Source: Bigelowiella natans CCMP2755 (Eukaryota; Protista; Cercozoa). Taken from it: a stretch of DNA of 64,000 nt. The notes beneath the pieces are model-generated. The model saw nothing but the letters and a program-made list of their open reading frames with translations. It made no database searches and was not told the origin of the DNA. Positions within the stretch are counted from its first letter, which is position 1, and every line of letters begins with the position of its first letter. The position numbers were made by a program, and so were the translations under genes. The DNA lies in the NCBI GenBank assembly GCA_000320545.1, contig ADNK01001186.1, positions 8,068 to 72,067 of the forward strand, read 5' to 3'. Of the stretch, positions 39,016 through 53,582 are shown piece by piece.

Positions 39016-39990
39016 GGGGGGGGGAGAGAAAACAACCCATCGTTACATAAACAACGAAAACGGGTGAATAACGAAAACGGGTGAATAGGAAAATCACGGA
39101 TCAATGGTGTTTCATCGCTCAACAATTATATCAGATAGCTCACCGACACACACTATAATCTTTCTAGAGTATTGAGATCCTCCCCCCTCCCCCCCTCCCC
39201 CTTCCTTTTCTGCATCTATTTCCAAAATGAAAAATGGAAGCTGACTCTCTTCTGCCTCACCTCATGGTCGTAAGAGTCGTCGAGAACCAAGACTTTGCCC
39301 TATCGATTCAACGAGTTATTATTATAATAATGGTGACGGTCGTGATAACTATAACCATCATCGAAGAACAAAAGGAGAAAGGACAGAAAGTGCAAGCCTT
39401 GCAACTGCTACTTCTACTACCACTACTAATAGTAGTACGTATTAGGGGAGAGGAAAATGAACAATATGCAGGTGCTATATGTGCCCTTGAAACATTCCCA
39501 TATCCGCCATATGTGCCCTTGAAACATTCCCATATCCGCCAGCTCACAACAGCAACCCAACAAACCACCATAAATGCTACATATCCTTTGCTAATATTTG
39601 AAATGATGTTTCATTCGCTTCTTGTAGGTGCGGCTAGCGGGTAACAGGTAAGACCTTCTCCCATTCCAATGTCAACTTGCCAGCCTATACATAGGGAGAG
39701 GGGGAGCGATGGGATTAGTAGCGGTAGTAGTAATAGTGGCGGCTATGGTAGCGAGTAGAGCGAAGAAGATGATGCCTCGGAGCATAAAAGAAAGATAGGG
39801 TGTACAAATCCCATGCGAGGTTTCTCTTCATTTTGTTTTCAATTACAAGTGGAATAATACCCGTATCCGGGCGACCGGTTTTCGAGGCAAAATGATGGGA
39901 AGATGCAGCCGCAGCCTATGATTACTTGGACCTTCCGCGAATTCGGGGGAAACGCAAAAACAGAGATGCAAATATATAAGTAAATGTTTT

Positions 39991-40026
<36 letters not shown>

Positions 40027-40235
40027 CATGAATCTATAGTGTACTTCCTAGATGCATATAAAATCGGTGATCGCGCTTATGCTGATATTGTTTCATCGTG
40101 CTCCTTCTCACCGCAATGCGGCCTGAGGTGGGAGCTCGAAGCCAAAATGGAGAACTCCATCGAGCCCTGGAGACATGGTAGTAAGGGGAATACGACAACA
40201 AGCGTTGTATTCTAATCACAACGCACACGCACAGC

Positions 40236-40269
<34 letters not shown>

Positions 40270-42232
40270 GCTAATGCATCCTATGCACATAGAGCAGACT
40301 TTTGGAAGGTGCGAGGACAGGTCCTTACGCATGAACATGAGGATCTGTCTGGTGATGGGAAAGTCTTCGATCAAGGCAGGAGCTTTCTCATCATGGTTAT
40401 CATCGTCGTCGTTGCCGCCACGATTCTCTGCCTCATTTGCAAGCACAGAGTTCATTCGTTCGCTCTTATCCCCCGACCCATCCTTTCCGGCCCCCCTCCA
40501 CATTTGGGGCAGCAACCTATTATCACGCGTGTGTTCGAAGATGAGATGGGCTGCCCCCACAAATAAAATATGCGGAGAGGTCAGCAATACCAGCAGGGGC
40601 CAATCTGTGTGTATCGTAGTTGTTGCATGTAGCCCGCGCGCACATGAGAGAGTGTTCTCAAACCTGCCGTTTCTTGCGAAAATGAGCTGCCTCCACGACT
40701 GATTGCATAGAGCTTAGATTAAAAGATCATCACCTCTGATGCAGATGAGCCACCACCTCATATCTTCTTTCGTCATTATCCCTCCACTGTCTCTTCCATT
40801 GCGTGTTTTATATCTACTTCTGCCCGCCTCACCACCACACAGCCTCACCCCTTATTACATCATACCCCGTGATCAGCAATATTTTCGTTGTCCTCATGGA
40901 GAGAGGGGTGGCGCGAGGAGTAGAAGCGGCGAAACTCCTCCTGAGATATGGAGAAGTAGTCACACTTGTTGTATACAAAAGTCTGGTGGGTGAAGAATAC
41001 GTGTCGAACACTTAATAACCCCCGCCTCCCCCCTGACACACACACACACACACGCACACACACACACACACGCACAAAGTTTGCTGATGCATATTCAGCT
41101 CACTAGTTCGTTAGTATAATGAGAAAGTCGCATCATTCTCGTACACCTCTATCTCCTCCGAGCTGTCCTCCAGCATCGAGACCAGCCGCCAAACATCGTG
41201 AAATCTTTGCCAGAAGTACAACGACACATCAGCACGTGGAAACTCCCAGCTGCGCTGCGTTAGGCTACTACCACCACTACTTACTACAACAACGACTACG
41301 ACTACTATTATTATTATCTACACCGCCGCCGCCGCTAGTACTGCTGCTGCTGCTCCTGCTCGTTCTTACTACTTTGGGTCATTTTTGAGAGTGCGGTTGA
41401 TGTGGGGGAAAGGAGAAGAAGGAAGGGCGCGTCCAGGGAACAGGTAACCTGGCCTATACCCAGCAGCAGTAGTAGCAGCAGCAGCACATGGCATCAAATA
41501 AGCAAAAAGCCACCACCGAACCACCATTACTAGCAGTAGGGCAGGGTACGGATGATGAAGTATAATGCTATGCTCTCACACTCCGAAGATGATGTTAGAG
41601 GGCTGTACCTTTTCGCAACTTTCTATTACAGCCTCCCCCACCCCCCCCACCCACACATCCACATACACACCGGTGCTCTTTTCTAAGGGTCGCAGAACTG
41701 CTGCTGGCATTTGTGAGGCATTTTCCTCTCGCTGCTACAACAACTATCTAATGACCTTTGCTCTGTCGATGTCCACACACCTTGCGACACGGCGCTCTTA
41801 TAGCACTCCTGGCAAAGTAGAGCCCATTTGAGAGGTATTCAGACAACACATAAACCACACCCCCCAGTGTATGCTTCCTGTACTCTACAAGCAGTGGTGA
41901 CTAATGAGGCCATGTTTACTACTAAGGCATTGAAAGCCTGTGAAAATCTGGAATTTCTATCTCTACACTAAATAATCCTTCCATACACATAATTCGAAAC
42001 CTACTCGACCGAAGATCTACCCCCCCCCCCCTCCTTTGCTGCGACCATAACAGCTATGCAACAAGTTTCCTTCGTCCACTAATCTGACCTTCTCCGCATC
42101 CAAGTCTCCCATCGCCCTGTACGCCTGTGTGAAAGGGCAGATTTATTATTCAGCGCAGCTTTGTAGCACCATGGGGGGAGCGTATGCTCTGGCAGGTTGC
42201 TCTTAACACGATAGAATAAAAAGACAATGTCT

Positions 42233-42277
<45 letters not shown>

Positions 42278-42532
42278 AATTATTTTAGAATCAAAGTTAA
42301 GAGGGGGGGAGATTTATTGGAATCTTCTCGACATAATGTAACCTCTCTTCTAACACATTTCTTGGGGGGGGGTTGCATCGTGAGGCGGTAGGTATTAGTT
42401 AATGAGATAAGGGGTTGGGAGCTAACACGAATCGACCCTTCCAAGACGGTAAAATATCGAGGATAATTGTACTGATGCCCTTCCTGAGTCCCGGGCCGCA
42501 ACTATTGGGGGTTTGTGGTGTGCGCGTGTGTC

Positions 42533-42570
<38 letters not shown>

Positions 42571-43478
42571 TCAATAGCAAGTTAGCGCTTCTTGGCATAG
42601 TATAATTTTATACGTTCCATTCGAGCAGCGACTTCAAGGTGCCTGGCAGCAATCCGGGGCTGGACATCGCCCAGTCGAAACCCCACGTACATGTGGAGAG
42701 CCCTGCCAATCAGTCACACATCAATCAGACGGCGATCGATCTGACACGCCACCCCTCATCTCACCAAGGTCTCACGGGAAGACATAGACGAAGAAGAAGG
42801 AGGAGGAGGAGGAGGAGGAGGGAGGGGGGGGGGGAGGGGTTAAAAAAAGTTAACTATTCCGTGAAGATAGACTCAACGACCGACAACCTATTTTCTCCAT
42901 CGCTCCCTACTTGTGTGCCCTTTTGCTGGTTGGAAGCCTTTAAGCCTCCCTCTCCCTTGCTTGCAGCATGCCCATATCCACCATCGTCCTTATCACCGTC
43001 ATCATCGTCGTTACTATCGTCGTCATCATGGTCCACCACTGTTGCTGTTGCGCCATCGTCATTTCTCAATACTTTTTCCATCCATCTTTCAAGCACACGA
43101 TTCTATGGAAGATGATAGATATCAACAGAGATGTGAGTAGACAGGAGGAGACTGCAAAGCTAACGAGCCAACCCCCCCATCCCCCCTCTCTCCCCCTCTC
43201 TCACTCTATACATCTTCTGCGGCTTTGATATAATAATCAGGGTGTGCTGCAGGATGTTTGGTTTTTAAGTCTCGCGTCTCACTCACACGCAATTGGTGTA
43301 GGTGCGTTTGGCAGCCGCATTGCAGCTGCAAAAGCACGCATACGTCTACTCTTACTCTTTCTTCTCACCCCTTCCTCTTCCCTCCCGCTGATGATTAATG
43401 TGGTTCCATAATATCTGCGAGGTGGAGAAAGAGTCCGTTAGAACGCCAGCGCATGCAATTTTGATAGGAACTTAGTAT

Positions 43479-43548
<70 letters not shown>

Positions 43549-43818
43549 ATCTGTGGACGTTAGGTTACAAAGTCAGATCTTACGCAGCAAATTTGTCGCT
43601 CTGTGGTGAGAGAGAATATGCATTCTTCAGACTCTCCACTGCTCGATCCATGAGAGAGGAAGAAGAAGGAGAAGAAGAAGAAGAAGCAGAAGAAGAAGAA
43701 GACAGAGGTGCTGCAGTGGTGTTGCGATCATCATTGGTGTCCTCAGTATGTTGACCCGCCTTCTCTCTTTTAATTTGTAGTGACTGGTGGAGATTTATAA
43801 GGCTGGATCCTTCGATTC

Positions 43819-43856
<38 letters not shown>

Positions 43857-44386
43857 GCAAGCACAAATGCACGCTAATCAGCGGCCAGTGCATGTTAGCA
43901 CCGATTTGGAATAGAGTGCCGTTGTCTTGGCGGGATGATATAGCTATCAATAGATATAAGGTTATTACCTAAATTAAACCACAGCGTCGGTGATGCATGC
44001 GTGTGCCCCGTTGCCTCTAGGATTTGCAAACACGAGTTGAGAAGAAAGTGAGTATCGCCTTGCATCCCAAAATTAAATTGGTATAGAGGTCAGAACAACT
44101 CAGAGCTGCTCTCACAACCTAATTACATTATGATTACTATTACCTTGAAATGCTCTAACAGCTCTCTCCCACCACCTTTTAGGGTAGCAAGATCAAGATG
44201 GATAACATCGTTGCGTCAAAACGATGAATTTGTAGAAATGTAATCCCCCATCACCACCACCATGTCTTCAATTCAAAAATATAATGTGCAGGCAGTGATA
44301 TTACCCAATCCTCGAAGCGGATTCTCCCGCCATCACCTTAATCAACAAAAATTGGAGAAATAGATAACTTATGGATATACGCGCAC

Positions 44387-44429
<43 letters not shown>

Positions 44430-44436
44430 AGGGGAG

Positions 44437-44492
<56 letters not shown>

Positions 44493-45400
44493 AATAGGGC
44501 GTGCATCCTCAGCCCTCTTAGCATAAGTTATGAAGTTATCACGAGATTCGATTTGATCAAAGATTAACACCAGCGCTTCCGACTTGAGCTTCCTGCGCTG
44601 GGGATCCATTCGAACATCTACTATCATATCTGCGGCCTAAAAATATCAAGAAAGTGAGCAAAGCTCTTGGATCAGGGAATTTTGCCTCCTCGCAAAATAA
44701 CATGGTAATTCTCTGGCTGCTTTCAAACATCCCTACTCCTCCTCCTCCCTGAATTCTTACTTGTTGAAAGGAGCTCAGTGCGTTACGATGGTGACCGAGC
44801 GAGGCAAATGCCAACCCCAAGTTGTAAATGACGACTTCTTGATGCTGAAAAGCATGAGTCTGCCATAGAAAACATGCAGCAGTTAATTCAGTAAGACTAT
44901 TATATGCTGCGGTCGTAGACTGTCCGGGAGATACATTCACGCACCTTCAGAACATCGATATATGTCTTCGCGGCTTGTGCGAAATCTTTCTGACTTAAGA
45001 ATTCATCACCCTAATGATTTCAAATGTGGGGACTGTAAATGGTTTGCGGCACTTGCGTCTTTCGCACAATGCGCCGCATATCGTTGATTACTACTGTACC
45101 CCTCTATGAGAAAAACCTGTGCGATGAGCCTGAGTACGTCTTCTGCATTTTGTTGGCCTTCCAAAGAATTATCGATACGATCCGCCCATCCTTCGAAGCC
45201 CCTTCCAATTTCACAGTCAAACATTTTAATCAAGAGCGGAGAGAGGGAGGGGGTGAGGGGGGGGAAGGGATACAAAAAAGGGCAAATGTGATCTCACGTG
45301 TATATGGCCAGCAGAGCGGCGAGGAGAGCAACGATAGATCCCGTAGTGCTAGCTGAAGCCATTCGGAAGGAAGCGATGCCGCTAGTTCAAATCCGGCCTC
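38790..45400 (-). CDS. Hypothetical multi-exon protein with at least one TPR-like motif; boundaries approximate
   Basis: Minus-strand exon-like segments bounded by AG/GT: RGFEGWADRIDNSLEG..., THAFQHQEVVIYNLGLAFASLGHHRNALSSFQQ (TPR-like), AYRAMGDLDAEK, LTSPHILFVGAAHLIFEHTRDNRLLPQMW... Start and stop not resolved. Confidence 0.45.
39477..39540. repeat. Perfect 32-bp tandem duplication
   Basis: atatgtgcccttgaaacattcccatatccgcc x2. Confidence 0.95.
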
Positions 45401-46800
45401 TCCATTCTGCTTCTTCTCTCGTCACAAAGTACTCACGCCAGGCACACGTTATTTAGATCTATCGGACGACTCCACTGTTATTCCATGAGAGCTCCGGTTC
45501 CGTTTTCTTGGGACATTCTTCCGAAAAAATAAATATAAATAAACCTTAGTCATCTGTGCGACAACTATCACATTTCCGTTTTTCGTGAGTGTTTTTTAAG
45601 GGGCCGTTTCTAAATCTAGGGGCCTCTCTTCGTCAGACGTACAATCTCTTTCGTCTGTAAACAGGTCAACTTTGCGCAGAATCCCGGAACAGAGAAATTT
45701 GTCAGTTTTTTTGGTTAAACAGGGGAAATAAGATCTTATCAACATTTTTTTGTTAGTCATTATTTATGGAAGTCAATTCTAAAAAGTGATAAAAGTCATT
45801 ACCAGCCTCTGATATGAAATTTATTGGCTGTTACTCACCACAAAACACTTCAGGCAAACAAACTCCAAAACCTTACACACCCAAATACCGACGCCAAGAA
45901 AACCCAAAAAGGCCATCCATGAGTTAAATTGCGTCTGTGTTTTTTCTTGTGCGACAGACTTTTAAAGTGGGGGAAATAATTAGCTCAGGATTTCCCATCT
46001 TTTGATGTCGTTGCTTTTTATTTAAAGTAACTTGTTTGCTTACGACAGGTATTTATTGTTGGCTATGAGGTTTTATTGCTTCCAATTTTCCAGATAATTC
46101 CTTGAACACAATCTTACGTTCGAAACTTGCGGTTGCCTTGCCAAACCTGTCCTTTTCCCATCCTTTCAGACGCAGGATACCTTACAAAAGAGAGTTCGAA
46201 TCTGAGAATGTATGTAATTTTACGGAAATTAGCAGAAGCGACATGATTTTTAATCCTCAATATTTTATTATACGGCCAACTTTCAAGTCAGGGGTGCGGC
46301 TTCCGAAAATTCGAATTGGGCGATAGTTCTCCAGAAATATTCAAAATAATCCTGATTCCTACTAAAATACACGGCAAAATAAACATTCATTTATCTGTCA
46401 TCACGGAAATAAATCTGGAATTCACTGAATTCTTACTTTGATCTATTTAATTGCAGAAAAACACAACTGATTCCGCTGTAGTCCCCTGCCTCTACACCTG
46501 ACGGAAGAGGTACCAGAGTACGCTGTAGTCAAGGGTTTCAGGGGGCTAAAGTAGAGACTAGAGTGGTATGCTCCTTTCCATAACCAAATTTAATGTGATT
46601 ATCCTGAAAAAAAATGGAAAAAAGGCAAGAAAGCACGCTGACTGACTTCTCAGGCGGTCTCCCGGTTTTAACCAGCATCTGTTTTCCCCCCCAAATTGTA
46701 CATGCAGGGGTCGTGTAGTGACATATTATTAAAGTGCTGGAGCCAAAACGAACGGCATAGAACTTGAGGGCACCGGAAGGAGGGTAGACGTGGCAAGTGG

Positions 46801-47620
46801 ATGTACCTCCTCCCAGCGAATCAACGGAAGGATGTCCTTCCTCCTAGAAGCACGGTAAAAACAGAATCATTGAATCCCAGAGAAATTACTCCTTCGACCC
46901 CATCGCCGCCCTTGCCACTAAATTCTATTCGCCAGAATGCGCATCCATTGGAAGCGCTTATTAAAGCAGCACAAGAAAAGGAGCACGAGTTCGATCATGG
47001 TTTCGATGGTGAGAACCAGGGAGTCAGGCATAACGGGCGAGTAGTTAGCGGAAACAAGCGACGTCGTGAAGAGGATAAAATAATGAGCAATAAGCTCCAA
47101 CGTGAGCTGAAGGAACAGATTTACAACCCAAAGGAACAGCAGCAGAGTACCCACATCGTAGTGGATCAGGCTGACGAAATACTGAAACTCAAACAGGAAA
47201 ATGAGCTGTTGCGTCGTCAAATGGGTCTCCTTCCACCTCAGCGGCTGAAAGCAACGAGACAGGTAAATGGTAATAACTCCAGCAGCAGTTCTAGCTGCAG
47301 CAGCAACACCACAGCGCAGGCAGCCGCTTCAGATGATGGGACGAGGTCTACGATGCGCGGCGAGGGTGATAGCAAATGGCCGAGCGGGAAAACTTCTAAT
47401 GTAATAGAGAGAAATGGCAGGAAGAAAAGTGTTGCGGCGTCCAACGAGAGTAAGGAGGGATTCGCTGCAATGGGGGGGGGTTGCAGCAATGATGGTGGCG
47501 CTAACGCAGTAAGAAATTATGATCTACATCACGACCGAAGTGGCGGCGAAGCCAACAGAAAAAATACTTATAGTAGTAGTAGTAGTAGTAGTTGTTGTAA
47601 TAGTAGTGGCAGTAGTAGTG

Positions 47621-47659
<39 letters not shown>

Positions 47660-47967
47660 CAAATGCAGGAGATCCGCCGCCTCCGAAAAAATTAAAAACA
47701 GCAGTCGCGCGGAATGGCAATGCAATCCAACAAAGTGCCAGAAGTCGTTCTCCTCCTAATTCATCCCCCTCCCCCCACCTGCTCCCGAATCTCACGTCTG
47801 CGGCCACAATGGTCTCGCAGCATGATAATAGACATCTGTATCGCCACCATCATCAGCTGCAACACCAACATCGGGCCCTTGTGGGCAATTACGCTACGAT
47901 GACGACGGGGCAAGAAACGATTTCTCGAGCAAGAAGCAGTGCCGCTACGACCGCCTCTACTCTTCCC

Positions 47968-47999
<32 letters not shown>

Positions 48000-48614
48000 G
48001 ACGCTGTTACCATCATCTAATCCCGCAGTGAACCAAAAACTTGCGGCAGCAGCCTCCTTGCCAAGCATACCACGACTGCCTGCCCTTTCTCTTCCGTTTC
48101 TTGCGTCAGCAGCAGAAGGGAGGAGAAGCGTCGACCGCAACTTCGCTCTCCACCGGCACCAGTACCAGCTCACTGCTGCAGATGCGAATACCACGATAAC
48201 AATGTCGGCTATGGGTGGTGGCATAAGAGGGGGGCAGATGGCAAAGGGGGGGCTCCTGGCCATATCATCGTCGTCGTCGTCGTTGTCCTCGTCTTCAAAC
48301 GCAAACTACCAACGCCAAAACCTCGCCCTCCATCCCCATAGTGCCCTTCATCAGCAACCGCAACCGTCGCCAGCGCGGCACTTGCTGGTGCGCCCCCATA
48401 CCTACCATTATCAAAAGCAGCAGACGACGCAGCTGCTTCGCCCCCCTCCCCTACCATGCTCTTCCGCATCATCCCCGAGCGGCAACCCCACAAATTCCAA
48501 CGGAGCTGTGGTAAAGGCCGAAGGCGGGCTGCTGTTCTCCCATGATGGCGTTTACGATATGGGGGGTCATTGTGGTGGCAACAGCATCGGTAGTAATGCG
48601 AACCCCTACCTAGC

Positions 48615-48649
<35 letters not shown>

Positions 48650-49668
48650 TGATGATGATGATGATGATGGCAGGCGGGGAGGGCGACCTCGGCCAGATTC
48701 ACTCCATCATGTCGCCAACCAAGAGACGGCGAGTGAGGGAGCGAAAACCGTGGAACGAAGAGGACGACGAGCTCCTCCACAGCATCGTCAGTCAGCACCC
48801 GGACAAGAAGAGGATTAAATGGGCCGGCGTGGCGAAGTTCTTCCCTGGCCGCATTGGGAAGCAGTGCCGCGAGCGGTACCCCACGTAGAAAGAGGAGAGT
48901 GATCCTAACCCCGCAGGCAGCCTTCTTTCTTTCGCGCTATAATCGCATAGAAAGCGTAGCGAGAGGGTGCCATCCTAGAGCTAGGGTCAGTGGTGGTTCT
49001 CATATTCACCACGGCGACCCCTTTCTTTCCTCCACATATCGATCGATCTCTATCTAATATGCATACTCCTACGAGGCGGCTGTCATAAGGGGCCGCATTG
49101 ACACTCGCAACCAATGTAACCGATATTTATCCCCCCCCCCCCCCCCGCCCCTCTCCACCATCCATCCATCAGGTGGCATAATTTGCTCAACCCAACCATA
49201 AAGAAGGGGCCGTGGGGCAGCGACGAAGACAACATCCTCATCGAGGCTCATCAGCGGCATGGAACAAGATGGGCTAAAATCGCCAAGCTTCTCCCCGGCA
49301 GGTGTGCGGATCGTTTGCATCTTTCAGAATATGCTAACGACGATTTCTTGTCCCCCACCCCACCTTCGCCTTCACTGCTATATTCATTAAAAATTGTCGG
49401 AAGCTGCCACCCGTCATATCACACTATGCTACGTTGCCTTATGCTCGTTAGAACGGATAATGCCATTAAAAACCGATGGAACTCGACCATGAGGCGGGTG
49501 GCTCTACAGCAAAACCAGAAACAAACTGGGAAGAAAAGTCGTAAGGGTATTCTTACTGTTTTTATCAATGATAGTAGTAAATTTTAGTAATAGTAGCGTC
49601 CATAATCTTCCTGCTGTTTTTATTCAATTTTTGGGCGGCAATCAATGTTGACTACTAGCACACACGTA

Positions 49669-49709
<41 letters not shown>

Positions 49710-49903
49710 CACGTTAATTTTATGCCAACTACGCAGCGAATAAGCGGCTTTACTGGTATTGCTGGAGCATTGTACAGAAGGGCAATGAAAGGAGCGTCTT
49801 CCCGGGGGGCTGCAACTACGACAATGCACAGGACGATGGTTATAATCCTACCCAGGAAGGAGGAGGAGGAGGAAGAGAGGGGGTGGCTCCACAACAGCAG
49901 TAG
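46801..49903 (+). CDS. R2R3-MYB transcription factor with long low-complexity N-terminal region
   Basis: KPWNEEDDELL...KWAGVAKFFPGRIGKQCRER|WHNLLNPTIKKGPWGSDEDNILIEAHQRHGTRWAKIAKLLPGR|TDNAIKNRWNSTMRR. The last exon and stop are tentative. Confidence 0.9.
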
Positions 49904-50105
49904 CAGCTCGGTTCGTGGTGTATGACATTATGGAATACATATCCACAACGACGCCTTCTTCCCTGCCCGTTTCTTGAATATTGATATCTTAGATGCTCGA
50001 TACTAGTTCTGTTCATACGTAATAATACCCTCTTCCTCGTTGATTCGTTGGGCGAGTCGCTTCTACTCGACAGCTAAATGAGGGGTGCCCTGTGTGTGTG
50101 TGTGT

Positions 50106-50154
<49 letters not shown>

Positions 50155-51396
50155 CGTTTGCGTGCCATTGTGCCTAGAGCAGCTGGTAGCAAATACAACT
50201 CGATATTAGCATTTTCACACTCGACTCATAAGAAGTTGAATCATTTTACGACACCGGACAAATAAAAAGTTCGTACTTCAATTTTGCGAGCGTTGTAGGA
50301 GCGCGGGGTTTCCACTATTTTTAAGAAATTTGTTTGGCACTTCCCCGCAATTATCATATCATTTTTCACCAAAAACGCATACGAGCCACCGGCATTCACG
50401 TTTCTTCCAGCCGCCTACCACTGGGTATTATGGCTCACATTGAGTTAGTGAGACTTATTCGTGACTTTTGTAAGCTGTAGCTATGAAGACACTTTGAGGA
50501 CTCGCTACGCCAGAATGGCATTGAATGTACATTAGATCGATTCCGTCATCGTCATGCGTCATCATCATCATCATCACTAGATCAATGCATCATACAATTT
50601 AGAGACGATGGATACCTTTCATATGTGTGCGCGTCTAGACAGATCTAGAGATCCCGGCACGGCTGCGCATGACAGCGGGTTGTATTACGTAGTGGCGGTC
50701 GTAGTGCTAAAGTGGGCTGCCACATACCATGCTAGCATGCAGCATTATCAGCGCTAGAGCGCCCTAGCTAGCTAGCCTGGTAGCTACGACGCGATGTGTG
50801 AGACGGATGTAATGAAATGTTCAAACGAACGACGCGATGTGTGTACGCTGCGAAACGAGCCATACCCAGCACATAGCATAGCTAGCTAGCTCGGAAAACG
50901 TTATGTCATTATGCCACTGCATCGCTAGATCGCGCATGTGCAGTATTATTAGAGTAAGTCGCCCATCGCATTGCGCTAGTGCTAGATTATTACTGATGAC
51001 ATATAAACTGCAGCATGTAGCATCGCATCGATACGATTTACACACGCGCACGTATGTGCATGTACATGCATGCGCGGTAAAATAGCATTTCCAGACTTAG
51101 TCAGCCATACTAGCTAGCTAGTATAATAAGTAATGAAGATGCATAGCGATGAAATGAGCATTGAAAAATATAAAAAGGTATCATCTCTCGATCGTATCGC
51201 GCTGGTTGCTTCATCTGGCAGCTATGCTAGCGTCATTATTTTCTGGTCTAGTGCTAAAGTGGTGATAAATTGTTCACCCTCGCTAGCTCATGAACAATTG
51301 CGCATGATTCCTTTAGTGCACCGTATCGCTTTACCTTGCACTTAATAAGCTCTGCAAGAGTTGATACTCCGTCTCTGCTAGGTCACAATGTTTATT

Positions 51397-52997
51397 CTAC
51401 TTTGACAGTAGTTTGCCGTACGCATCGTAAGCTGCTTTGAGTGGTGAACCCTCTGCAACAATAGAAAATCCAGGAAATCACTTTAAAAAAGATCCAAAGC
51501 AAATCTCCCGCACCTCAGCACCCCGCACACACAACACGAAAGCACAAAAGCAGACGTAGCAGAGTTAAAATTCTATGCGCTGGTGGATGCGCATAGCTAC
51601 TTACTTTGTTTCTCTAATCTTGAGAAGCCGTTGTCAGCGGGCATTATGTCATCTGCTACGACTTCCTGTATTGTATTGCAGCACAGATAGAAGTGATGGG
51701 AATCGTCGTAATACTGTGGAGCTACCATCCGTCAAATTTTGAAGACTACAATTATTATTTTCTATAGCATATTACATGCAAACATTATGAATATCTTGCA
51801 CTTGGCGCTCGCTCGTGGGGGCAGTTAGCGTAACAATGTACATGAAACGGTAGGCGTTGTTGCATGCAGCTGTGCCATGGCATTTTGTTTTTCGCTTTTG
51901 AGCGAATACACTGCATCTTGCTATGCGATTACCTGCTCCGTTGGTGGTTCCCCAGCGCAAAATTCTGCACACTAATATTCAACCCAAAAACGACCAAACA
52001 GAATCAATGGTCCTGGTTGTACGTTACATTAAATTGATTGGCACATCGGCCGCTTTGCACCTTCTTTCTTCTTTTTTTCCCCTCTTTCCCTCCATCTCCC
52101 CCCCCCCCCTCTCTTTTAGAATTACAGTGGGAAGTAACCTGCGTTTTGCAATAATCCCCACTTTTTGGCGCAATCGCGGTGCACTCCTTCAATTTTCACA
52201 CAATTAACACCGTTGCAAAGAATTTGATCGTAAATATGGAGTCATGAATAATTATCAACAGCAAGCAGACGATGGTGAGATTGACAATACTTCTGGCATA
52301 TGTATTAAACATATTCATGAAGGGGTTGTTGTGACTTTATTTGTCTGGGTTATGCACGTGATTTTATTGCGACAGACGCTGTCACTATCAAGGTTCATCG
52401 ATGGAAAAACGGGTTAAGTAGGATTTTTCCACCTTGATGCATTGCTTCAAACAGTCGGGTATATCCGTCCTGTCTGCCCGGGCCTTCGTTACCGAACTCA
52501 CGGCTATGAACAAGTAAGGAACATTTCCGCCCCCATAATTATAAACATGGGTGACAAAGTAGTAGGAAACTGACGGACATAATGCTTATGGTGTGTGCAA
52601 GCATCACCTTGAGCCACAACAGTAGCGATCGCTGCGTTCATTAGGGAACGCTGTTAAGGGGGAGGGGGGGGTGGGAAGTTGTCAATCTTGGAAGGGAGCA
52701 GAGGCAGCACAACGACGGTCGTACCCGTGACACTGACGATGACGATCGAGTACGATGATAGTCCATAGGCTTCTCTATATTGGCGAAAACGTGCACCTCT
52801 TTGTCACTTATGGTGCTGCGACGACCACTGCCATACGATGTGCGGCGAGTTCCTCCAAGGCCCCAAGCCCTGGGTTTCATCGCAGCAAATACAGGAGAGA
52901 CTCCCGAACGTCGGGCTACATTCATGGCAGCTCCACTGCATTGACAGGACCAGTTCAAGAGCGTGATCGCAACGAAAGCGTACTGGGCCAAGCGCAT
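51397..52997 (-). CDS. Small six-cysteine protein with tripartite leader (ER signal, plastid transit peptide, Tat thylakoid signal), 7 exons
   Basis: Phase-consistent splicing gives MRLAQYAFVAITLLNWSCQCSGA...SVSR|RSLMNAAIATVVAQ|AVSSVTKARA-DRTDIPDCLKQCIK|ECTAIAPKSGDYCKTQ|CAEFCAGEPPTEQ|EVVADDIMPADNGFSRLEKQ|KGSPLKAAYDAYGKLLSK*. Confidence 0.75.
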
Positions 52998-53582
52998 GGT
53001 TGGGTGGGGGGGTTGTTACGAGCCTCCCTTTAAATTTGGGATGGGCAAGAAATCACCCCGAAACTATCCTGGATAATGGTGCGTTATGTATTTCGCAGTA
53101 GAATTTTATTTTTGGATGTTTTTACGATGCACTCCTGGCCGTATATCCATTGGCCAATGAAAATAATGAAATTAGAAACTAGAGAAAATCAGCCGAGCTA
53201 CGATGTCGCAGCAGTGAAATCCTCGAATATATTGAAGCCTACGAGAAGAAGAAGAGCAACGCTCCCAGCGTTCTTGGGTACTCCCCCAGGCTATTTTTTT
53301 ATTAAGACAGGTCATTTCGCTATGAAAATTGGAAAATTAGCCTGGATTTAATTGGGATTTCCGGGTGGTAATGATCATAATTATCCCTCGGCCGAAGATT
53401 ATGACTAACAGGAAGATTAAAGCCACACGCGCAGCGCCGCTCCTCGACCAAGAGCTTCCTCCATTCTAGCTCCCCTGTAAGTAAGGACGCAGCGCTTTGG
53501 GATATCACGGCTTTGAGCGAATTGACCGAAAGTGGTCGCCGTTGAATCGAGCAGCGGATATCATCGAGACCCTTTCGCGCTG

